DNA of 64,000 nt, taken from IMG/VR virus record IMGVR_UViG_3300032315_001694; one strand, 5' to 3'. Positions 53,440-61,177 of this stretch are shown here, one piece after another. Within the stretch, counting starts at the first letter, position 1, and the number at the start of each line of letters is the position of its first letter. Made by a program: the position numbers and the translations under genes. Source of the stretch: a virus. Taxonomy: Duplodnaviria; Heunggongvirae; Uroviricota; Caudoviricetes. Under the pieces are notes generated by a model. It worked only from the letters and a program-made list of their open reading frames with translations. It was not told the DNA's origin and did no database searches.

Positions 53440-54621
53440 ATGAAAGGCTGGATAAAATCAATAAGACAATCAAAAGGTTTAACCTTTATGACTATTACCG
53501 ATGGTAAAATGGACCATCAACTAACCTTAAAAGAAGGCGAATATTTAATGACTGGTGATTTAAAAGTCGGAGCCTCATTTATATCTGAAGGCACCGATTC
53601 AACTACACCTAGAGGATTACCCGAATTTGTAGTTTCTAAAATAGAAATTATAGGTACATCCGATGATGAATACCCAATACAACCAAAACATCACACACCT
53701 GAGTTTCTAAGAAGTATTCCACATCTAAGGGGTAGAGCTAAGGCTTTACAATCAACTTGGAAGGTCAGACACTACCTAACACAAGGAATTCATAGATTCT
53801 TCGAAGATGAAGGATTCTTCCAATATTACACTCCTATTATCACACATGCTGATTGTGAGGGTGCTGGTGAAACATTTGTGGCTAAATCAGATTGGATGGA
53901 AGAAAAATTAACCGTATCTGGACAATTACATGGTGAGGTCGGAATGATGTCACTGGGTAAGATTTATACCTTCTCTCCTTGTTTCAGAGCTGAAAAATCG
54001 ACCACTAAAAAACACTTATCTGAATTTTGGATGATTGAACCAGAAATGGCATTTTATGACTTAGATGAAACTATTAAGTTAGCAGAAAAGATGGTAAAAG
54101 GAGCTATATCTTATGTTATTTCTAAATCAGAATATGACTTCAAACAATTAGGTGTTGATTCATCTTTATTAACTACAATCGTTGAGAAAGATTGGATGAA
54201 AGTTTCTTATTCTGAAATAGTTAAATCATTTGGTGTAAAATGGGGTGATGATATTTCTTCAGAAATAGAGCAGAAAATTGTATCACATTACGGTGTTCCG
54301 GTTTTCGTTACACATTATCCGAAAGAATTGAAACCGTTTTATATGAAGAAAGGAGAATTTGTGGCTGATTGTTTTGATTTAATCTTTCCGGTGGTTGGTG
54401 AAATCATTGGAGGTTCTCAACGAGAAGAAGATTATCAAACTCTTAAAACTGAAATGGAAAGGTCTGAATTAGATATTGATAAAATGCAATGGTATTTAGA
54501 TACTCGTAAGTGGGGTTCTGTTCCACACTCAGGTTTTGGTTTAGGATTTGAGAGATTGCTAATGTTTATTACTGGGGCTACAAAGATTCACGATGTGATT
54601 CCTTTTCCAGTAAGCTATTAA
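53440..54621 (+). CDS. asnS: asparaginyl-tRNA synthetase (class IIb)
   Basis: N-terminal OB region (GWIKSIRQSKGLTFMTITDG); motif 2 FSPCFRAE; AsnRS-specific FWMIEPEMAF; motif 3 GSVPHSGFGLGFERL. Confidence 0.75.
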   Translation: MKGWIKSIRQSKGLTFMTITDGKMDHQLTLKEGEYLMTGDLKVGASFISEGTDSTTPRGLPEFVVSKIEIIGTSDDEYPIQPKHHTPEFLRSIPHLRGRAKALQSTWKVRHYLTQGIHRFFEDEGFFQYYTPIITHADCEGAGETFVAKSDWMEEKLTVSGQLHGEVGMMSLGKIYTFSPCFRAEKSTTKKHLSEFWMIEPEMAFYDLDETIKLAEKMVKGAISYVISKSEYDFKQLGVDSSLLTTIVEKDWMKVSYSEIVKSFGVKWGDDISSEIEQKIVSHYGVPVFVTHYPKELKPFYMKKGEFVADCFDLIFPVVGEIIGGSQREEDYQTLKTEMERSELDIDKMQWYLDTRKWGSVPHSGFGLGFERLLMFITGATKIHDVIPFPVSY

Positions 54622-54641
54622 AACAAAGGTAGTTGTTAATA

Positions 54642-55001
54642 TTAAAAGTATTTAGAAAACTCCTTGGATTCTTTGAACCAGGAGTTTTCTTTTGCCATTA
54701 ATTCGAAAATATTATGATTCTTTTCACACAATTCGAGAAATTGTGTAACTTGTTCTAACTCTAACTTAAACCATTCACCTTCACAACGCCATTGATTATA
54801 GTAACGATGTAAACTCGACTCTATTCTTGGTCCCCATTTAGATTCGAAAACATCAACAAGTTCTAACTCTTGTGAGTTACCAGTTTTCAATTCTTTAAGT
54901 CGTTTATTTGGATCTCTTTTAGTCCAACCGATTTTATAATAAGGACCATCTGTGTGATGAGCAGAGATTAAGTAAATCTTATACATGAAGTATATATTCA
55001 C
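54642..55001 (-). CDS. T5orf172/MUG113-type (GIY-YIG-like) domain protein
   Basis: YKIGWTKRDPNKRLKELKTGNSQELELV matches the T5orf172 domain signature. Confidence 0.55.
   Translation of the reverse strand: MNIYFMYKIYLISAHHTDGPYYKIGWTKRDPNKRLKELKTGNSQELELVDVFESKWGPRIESSLHRYYNQWRCEGEWFKLELEQVTQFLELCEKNHNIFELMAKENSWFKESKEFSKYF
54657..54694. terminator. hairpin plus T-run downstream of asnS, between convergent genes
   Basis: aactcc.../...ggagtt stem followed by ttttcttttg; overlaps the 3' end of the minus-strand ORF. Confidence 0.4.
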
Positions 55002-55016
55002 TTCATGTTCCTCTTT

Positions 55017-55766
55017 TTAATAAACCACTGAATAAGATAAATTTATAACTTTATAACCCATATTAGAAAGACGCGGGGTTATAAGTCGAGATATTTTAGG
55101 ATTACGAATTATTAAACAAAAATCAGGTAGATTGAATATACCAGTAGGTGGTTTCTTTCTAACAGCTTGAATTTGTCTCCAAGTCAATTCGCCATTCTTA
55201 GTAAGATAATTTTTCAAACCAGTATAGAAATCAACATCACCATTATATTTTTTGATATAATTGATTACTTCTTCATCGGTTAGTCGAATTATCCCTTCGC
55301 TAACTAAACTTTTTGAAGAAATAGTAGAAAAATCCACATCGATATCAAATTCTCGATCATAATCTAATTCACCATCTTCAATAACTTCAATAAAATCTTT
55401 TAATCTATCTAAATTATTAATATATTTCTCAGCATCAGATTTCAATCCTAAATTGGTAATTAATCTTAACTTTTCAACATCTAACCAACCTTCTACGCTT
55501 TGTTTTTGATTGAGTGTTTTTTCTATTCTATCGATTAAAAATGAAGGAGATTCTTTGGTAAATTGGCCGCCACCACCAGTTAATAAGTATGAGACATCGC
55601 CGTGCCAAACTGAGGACATATTAAATTCAATTACACTTCTGTATAAAGTATAATATCTTGATAATTTAGGTTGCTCTGTAAGAGAATCAGGATAAGAATA
55701 CCAAGGAAAGTATTCAAAAACAGGCACTCCGAAATGTTTTTCTCCGTAATTTGACATGATGATCAA
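55017..55766 (-). CDS. hypothetical protein
   Basis: 249 aa. Confidence 0.4.
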   Translation of the reverse strand: MIIMSNYGEKHFGVPVFEYFPWYSYPDSLTEQPKLSRYYTLYRSVIEFNMSSVWHGDVSYLLTGGGGQFTKESPSFLIDRIEKTLNQKQSVEGWLDVEKLRLITNLGLKSDAEKYINNLDRLKDFIEVIEDGELDYDREFDIDVDFSTISSKSLVSEGIIRLTDEEVINYIKKYNGDVDFYTGLKNYLTKNGELTWRQIQAVRKKPPTGIFNLPDFCLIIRNPKISRLITPRLSNMGYKVINLSYSVVY

Positions 55767-55777
55767 ATATATGAAAA

Positions 55778-56068
55778 TTATACCTCAAAAAGAAATACTC
55801 CGTTAGAATTAAATATAATCTTTTGACAATCACCATATTTTTTTAATTCACTAACAACATAAGGATCTAAGCTAAATAGATTTTGATAAATTTTATAAAC
55901 TTTTTTGAAATGTTCTTGTTTATCACAATTACAACCATTGATGTAAATATTCATAGAATCACGGAATTTTATCAAATCTGTTGATAAATCACTAATGTGA
56001 TTTTTATCTCTAATAAAATTATAGAAATCTATTGGTGAATTAATTAACAGACTTTTAGAAACTATCAT
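55778..56068 (-). CDS. hypothetical protein
   Basis: 96 aa. Confidence 0.35.
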   Translation of the reverse strand: MIVSKSLLINSPIDFYNFIRDKNHISDLSTDLIKFRDSMNIYINGCNCDKQEHFKKVYKIYQNLFSLDPYVVSELKKYGDCQKIIFNSNGVFLFEV

Positions 56069-56075
56069 AACTTAT

Positions 56076-56384
56076 TTATAAAAATTTTAACAATCGAAAT
56101 ATTGTATAAGATAAAATATATCTAAAAGCAAAATGTTCAAATCCATAATATACACTAAAAGCAACCAAAATCCAAAAAAGCAAACAAGGCTGACAACTCA
56201 ATAACTTTGTCCAAAAATTTGTTTTTTTTAAGTTAATAAAATCTGTAAATGAAATATCTGGATTAACAAATTTATAAGATTCAAAATCTTTAACTATTTT
56301 TAAATTTGGGAAATATTGACAAAAAGCATCAGTTTTAAACCAAATAAAAAGAATAAAAACTGACCAGAAAATACTATCTATCAT
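56076..56384 (-). CDS. hypothetical membrane protein
   Basis: 102 aa, three hydrophobic segments; 4-nt overlap with the GT gene. Confidence 0.35.
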   Translation of the reverse strand: MIDSIFWSVFILFIWFKTDAFCQYFPNLKIVKDFESYKFVNPDISFTDFINLKKTNFWTKLLSCQPCLLFWILVAFSVYYGFEHFAFRYILSYTIFRLLKFL

Positions 56385-58264
56385 ATAATGAAATTACTTT
56401 TTAATATCTCAATTTCTGGTACCGGTATATCATAACCCGGAGTCCAAATATAATTTACAGATCCTTCCATCTCACCAAATCTACTTTCAGCTGAAAGAGG
56501 ATTATTAGGATTATGATTAAAAGCCCAATCTTCGATTCCTAATTCTTCAAATCTATCTTTTATTTGTTTATTATAGAAATTTGATATAGTTCTTACTCTT
56601 CTTTGAATATCAGCTCTTGTTGAATTTTGAGTATTGTTTAAGGTATCAGAATTATGGAAAAATTGTAAGTAACATAATTGTCTTACTCCAACAAATCTAG
56701 TTTTTAAGAAACTACGAATAATCAATTCATAATCATCAGCAATCGTCAATCTACGATTATGACCACCAATAGAATGATAGAATTCTCTATCCCAAGCTCT
56801 AAAGTGATTCGGAACTCCTACAATGTGTCTTATAGTTTTTGGATTAATATTTTGACAAATAGCCACTTGATATTCACGACCTCGATAAGTTTCTTTTCGA
56901 TACTTTCCATATCCAAAAGCAAATCCATCTCCATAAGTCAGAGAATTCCAATTCTCATCAATTTCAGCACAATCCGAAAAAGCAAATTTACAATCTGGAT
57001 AAAGTTTAAAAGCCTTAACCATTAACTCACCAGCTTTGTCAGTCAAAACATCATCATGGTCTAATTCCATAATCCACTTTCCACTACAAAGTGATGCCGC
57101 TCGATACTTTGATTCACCAATTATACCTCCTGATTTTTGTCTAAAATCATATAATTTAATTCTTGAGTCATTTTTAGCTAGACTCTCAGCTATCTTTAGA
57201 GTTTTACCTTCATCACTTGAATCATTAACAATTACCCATTCCCAATTAGAATAAGTTTGTTCTTTCAATGATTGATAAGTTCTCAATAGTTTATTACCAG
57301 TATTATAGATTGGTGTGAAAAAACTAATCAAAGGATTCTCTGAATCATTGGGACTTAGAATATAATTCATAGAAGCTAAGTAAGCAGATTCACCTAAATT
57401 TGGGTGATTTGAATCAACATGGATCCATCTTCTACGAACATCTAAACTTTGAATTGATAGATTTGGGAAATTATAAAAGCTTTCACCAATAGAGACAATA
57501 CTATCCGGATTAAAACTTGATAAGTATTTATTAATGTCAGTATCATCTACAAATTTTACATTTAGTCTATCATCTTCATAATCAACTAACTTTTTAGATT
57601 TTAGTTCATGATTTTCACCAAGTAGTAAAACTTTAGGAAGTGATGGCGGCATTTTTGAACCAGTTAGATAATTATAATAACAGAGTACTTGATTGATAAA
57701 GAAGAAATCTTCTGGGTTAGATTTATAAACATCTTCAATAAAATAACCATCTGCTTTATAATCTCCCGATTTTAATCTCATTTCTCCAATCAAATCTCGT
57801 CTAAGTAAAAACTGAGCCATATCAATATGTCCAACTCTCATATTTTCAGGATTAGCCACTCTTATATCAACTCCACTAAAATCCTTACCACCTACTTTTT
57901 GGTCAAAAATAAAAGCTCTTTTATCAGGACTTTCTATGATCTTAGAAGTTAGAGTTTGAATGAAATCTTCGTGTAGAATATTATCATCATCTAAAACATA
58001 AATCCAACCATCTTGAATTAAATCAATAGCATCATTTATAAATTGATGACCATAATCACCAGGAATTGATTTCTTAAAAGTGATTTTGATATTTGGATCT
58101 TGTAATTCGGTTAATAGGTCAGCATCAATATCTTTTAAATGTAGAGTGTCGAAATAGACATACCACATCACATTAAGAGATTGATTAAAGATAGAATCTT
58201 TAACACTTAGTAGATTTTTAGTTCTACTACAACGAGTAATAATATTAAATAGAGGCTGTTCCAT
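56381..58264 (-). CDS. two-domain glycosyltransferase (C-terminal GT2 family domain)
   Basis: ISFFTPIYNTGNKLLRTYQSLKEQTYSNWEWVIVNDSSDEG is a GT2 N-terminal signature; the N-terminal half has a second nucleotide-sugar-transferase-like region. Confidence 0.6.
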   Translation of the reverse strand: MEQPLFNIITRCSRTKNLLSVKDSIFNQSLNVMWYVYFDTLHLKDIDADLLTELQDPNIKITFKKSIPGDYGHQFINDAIDLIQDGWIYVLDDDNILHEDFIQTLTSKIIESPDKRAFIFDQKVGGKDFSGVDIRVANPENMRVGHIDMAQFLLRRDLIGEMRLKSGDYKADGYFIEDVYKSNPEDFFFINQVLCYYNYLTGSKMPPSLPKVLLLGENHELKSKKLVDYEDDRLNVKFVDDTDINKYLSSFNPDSIVSIGESFYNFPNLSIQSLDVRRRWIHVDSNHPNLGESAYLASMNYILSPNDSENPLISFFTPIYNTGNKLLRTYQSLKEQTYSNWEWVIVNDSSDEGKTLKIAESLAKNDSRIKLYDFRQKSGGIIGESKYRAASLCSGKWIMELDHDDVLTDKAGELMVKAFKLYPDCKFAFSDCAEIDENWNSLTYGDGFAFGYGKYRKETYRGREYQVAICQNINPKTIRHIVGVPNHFRAWDREFYHSIGGHNRRLTIADDYELIIRSFLKTRFVGVRQLCYLQFFHNSDTLNNTQNSTRADIQRRVRTISNFYNKQIKDRFEELGIEDWAFNHNPNNPLSAESRFGEMEGSVNYIWTPGYDIPVPEIEILKSNFII

Positions 58265-58688
58265 ATTGAAAATCTAAGTAAAATAATTTACCACTTGGAC
58301 CTGACATAGGAGTAACACCCCTTTTCATCAAATCTTTATATTCTTGGTCTTCTTCTAATTTTTTTTCTGTAAAAGGTTTATCATCGATAATAGATTCGAT
58401 TTTACCATCACGGTTTTCTTGAGTAATTCTATTTTTAACAGAATCAATTTCTTCTTTTGATGCAAATCCACCTATATCTTGAGATATTGTTTTAGCGGCA
58501 ACTCTCATTACAATTGGTAAAAGTGAAGGAAAATCAGAAGAAGTATCTTCTGATGCTAAAGTATTTTCTACTAAGGTTTCAGTTTGTTTATTGGCGTATT
58601 CTGCCACCCAATCGGCTTTTGAGCCTGTGAGTCCCATAGAATCTAAAATAGGAGCCCACTTTTTCAGTGTTTTTTCTTCATTATCCAT
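58245..58688 (-). CDS. hypothetical protein
   Basis: 147 aa. Confidence 0.4.
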   Translation of the reverse strand: MDNEEKTLKKWAPILDSMGLTGSKADWVAEYANKQTETLVENTLASEDTSSDFPSLLPIVMRVAAKTISQDIGGFASKEEIDSVKNRITQENRDGKIESIIDDKPFTEKKLEEDQEYKDLMKRGVTPMSGPSGKLFYLDFQYGTASI

Positions 58689-58710
58689 GAAGATTATATT
58701 TTAGAATAGA

Positions 58711-59292
58711 CTAATAGTTTAAACAATCATATTCAGATTTGATAGCATCAAATAATTCTGAATGGTCATCTATATTTAATCTTTTATCAAATTCTTTTTT
58801 ATACCAATTAATAATTTGATTAATAACTGAATCTTGAGCTTCTCCATTATTGTGATCTATATACCAATCATATTCTGATTCATAATCATCTTGCCAATCT
58901 GAATCTACCCATTCTAAAACTTCTTCATCAAACATTCCGATGACTTTATCTTCATCAAACTCTTCTTTGATTTTAGCCATAGCAAATTGAAGGTCAAAAC
59001 TTTCAAGGTTTTCTTTTAACATACTATTTTTATCAATCCAATTCTTAATAGCCTTTCTCAAAGATGGTTCGTGTAAATCCATAACTTCTGAAGTTACGTC
59101 ATAGTAAATCTTATCTGTTAATCTACCTTTATTAAATTGGAATCCAGTTAAGTAATAAGGCTTATCATCAATTAAAATAAGTTTATCACCTCTAAAATCT
59201 TTTATTTCATATCTAACATTTAGATACTTCTCTAAATCTGTAACTGAGGATTCATCCGGTTGATATTCATTAAACTCTTTGATATATTTCAT
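58711..59292 (-). CDS. N-motif family paralog (MKYIKEFNEYQ)
   Basis: N-terminal signature. Confidence 0.5.
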   Translation of the reverse strand: MKYIKEFNEYQPDESSVTDLEKYLNVRYEIKDFRGDKLILIDDKPYYLTGFQFNKGRLTDKIYYDVTSEVMDLHEPSLRKAIKNWIDKNSMLKENLESFDLQFAMAKIKEEFDEDKVIGMFDEEVLEWVDSDWQDDYESEYDWYIDHNNGEAQDSVINQIINWYKKEFDKRLNIDDHSELFDAIKSEYDCLNY

Positions 59293-59305
59293 AAGTTATA
59301 TATTA

Positions 59306-59860
59306 TTAATTTGATTTCAAAATCACATTGATTTTTTTTGATACCGTCCAGTTTACCTTGCAATCCAAGTTTAATGTTTTTAATCTTTTTGTCACCATTG
59401 ATATCTTTGTCCAAATATTTTCAATAGCAAATTGAGTGTAGTGTGGTAAAAGTCCAATGTAAGTCAAATCATCCACGTCTTCATTTAAGAATATTTCAAC
59501 AGATAATTTAAAAGCACTTGATGGTGCATTAGAATCATACAATTTATATTTAATTTCTTTTATGAAATCTACATCATCTTCAATATCTTGAAATATGTCT
59601 TTTACATCTTCTAATAAATCTTCCTTTTCTTTCTTTATTTCTTCGATTCTCTTTTTACCAAACTCGATGATACTTTCTAAAAAATCAGAATCTAATTGTT
59701 TCTTATAATAGTCATCAATACGGTGATAAAAGTTTTTCCAAACTTCATCATTTAAAAGTATATCATTATACTTATTGATTTCTTTCTGAAGTTTTACACA
59801 CTCAGGATCCCACTCATAATCAAACTTTAATTCTTCATTAAAACTTTTTAAATGTTTCAT
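59306..59860 (-). CDS. N-motif family paralog (MKHLKSFNEEL)
   Basis: N-terminal signature. Confidence 0.5.
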   Translation of the reverse strand: MKHLKSFNEELKFDYEWDPECVKLQKEINKYNDILLNDEVWKNFYHRIDDYYKKQLDSDFLESIIEFGKKRIEEIKKEKEDLLEDVKDIFQDIEDDVDFIKEIKYKLYDSNAPSSAFKLSVEIFLNEDVDDLTYIGLLPHYTQFAIENIWTKISMVTKRLKTLNLDCKVNWTVSKKINVILKSN

Positions 59861-60225
59861 TAGTGATATATAATTTTAATTAAATTGCCATTATAATTTT
59901 TACTAATATAATCCTCAAGTAGATTTTTCATAATTGACTTGTTAAGATTTTCACAATATTTGAAATCTAATTCCTCTATATCATCTTCTTCATCAAAATC
60001 TTTTGGAATAACTTGCCCCTTATGAAAAGGTGATGAGTAATCTTCCTGGCTATACTTATCACCACTACCAATATAGGCAGTCGCGCTAAAATACCCATCA
60101 AGTAATCCAGTTTTTTTAGAGACTATATCATTTCTATATCCTATAATAGGACTATAATTCACCTCTGATAAGATAACATCAAATGGTGATTCTTCACTCT
60201 CATTAAATTTCTTTAAATATTTCAT
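59860..60225 (-). CDS. N-motif family paralog (start at internal Met: MKYLKKFNESEE)
   Basis: Signature begins at Met 11 of the tracked ORF. Confidence 0.45.
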   Translation of the reverse strand: MKYLKKFNESEESPFDVILSEVNYSPIIGYRNDIVSKKTGLLDGYFSATAYIGSGDKYSQEDYSSPFHKGQVIPKDFDEEDDIEELDFKYCENLNKSIMKNLLEDYISKNYNGNLIKIIYH

Positions 60226-61166
60226 TATTTTAATTTTATATTTATATAAACCCAAAATCTATCTGGATTAACATTTATCATCACCTTTTCTGACCATTTA
60301 TATTTTGATAAAAATGTTCTTAAATTATTTTTGATATTCATTAATTCACCTTCATCTAAAACTCCATTATCCCATTTCCCAACACCATAATATCCAAAAG
60401 AAATTACTTTATCAGATACTTGTGGTGTTGATTTTTGTTCAAAATATCCCGGTTGAAACTTATCCATCTCTACTTTAATTTTACCCATTAAAATAACATC
60501 CTCTAAGTTAAGATTAACTAATAATTTCTTTAAACCAGAAGTAGCTTTCAAATCTGAAAGTTTTAATGAATTAAAAGCTGATTTATTTAATTTGAATTGA
60601 CCAATCGAAATTAACTCATCATAGTAATATCCATATTCAAATTGACCATCATTTCTAATACCAAAATAAAGTCCCATTTGTGGTTGTGAATAATCAATTT
60701 GAATAGATTGAAGTGATTTGAATCTTTTAAATACCAATTCTATTTTAGAAGAATCAATACCACTAAACTTAAAGAAAAGTAAAAACTCTGATGGAACTTC
60801 CTTAGACTCTGGTGTATTATCTTTAAATCCAAGAGCTGTTAAACACTTCATAAATGTAGTTAAAACATTCTTACCATAAGATTCTTCTAATAAATCAACT
60901 GGAGTAGAAGTTCCTACACTCAATTCACCTTCAACACCATTTAAATGATTTTCAACTCTTTTCAACAATTCTACTTTATACATATCATCTAAAACATTAA
61001 TAGCGTTAGAAACACTAATTGACGCATCGACTTCTTTAGTATATTCACCAATAAGCATTTGAATATATTGGTCATCTTTTGATAACTCTTCAATATATTC
61101 ACCTAAAGAATGGTGTTCTTCTTTGTTGAAAGATTCTTGTATGAAATCATTATACTTCTTTATCAT
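60225..61166 (-). CDS. N-motif family paralog (MIKKYNDFIQESF)
   Basis: N-terminal signature. Confidence 0.5.
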   Translation of the reverse strand: MIKKYNDFIQESFNKEEHHSLGEYIEELSKDDQYIQMLIGEYTKEVDASISVSNAINVLDDMYKVELLKRVENHLNGVEGELSVGTSTPVDLLEESYGKNVLTTFMKCLTALGFKDNTPESKEVPSEFLLFFKFSGIDSSKIELVFKRFKSLQSIQIDYSQPQMGLYFGIRNDGQFEYGYYYDELISIGQFKLNKSAFNSLKLSDLKATSGLKKLLVNLNLEDVILMGKIKVEMDKFQPGYFEQKSTPQVSDKVISFGYYGVGKWDNGVLDEGELMNIKNNLRTFLSKYKWSEKVMINVNPDRFWVYINIKLK

Positions 61167-61177
61167 AATGGTATATA

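Noticed and set aside
1611-57254. Short ORFs antisense to long genes (for example 1611..1820, 4595..4831, 7149..7406, 7586..7855, 10613..10813, 12406..12702, 16360..16542, 16937..17131, 19348..19533, 20519..20704, 22843..23052, 25167..25352, 36096..36287, 38833..39015, 40665..40856, 47406..47609, 47624..47830, 51278..51460, 51572..51901, 56759..57025, 57036..57254, 61110..61628)
   Set aside because: Each lies entirely within a longer, motif-supported ORF on the opposite strand, or within RNA genes, with atypical composition. Treated as noise.
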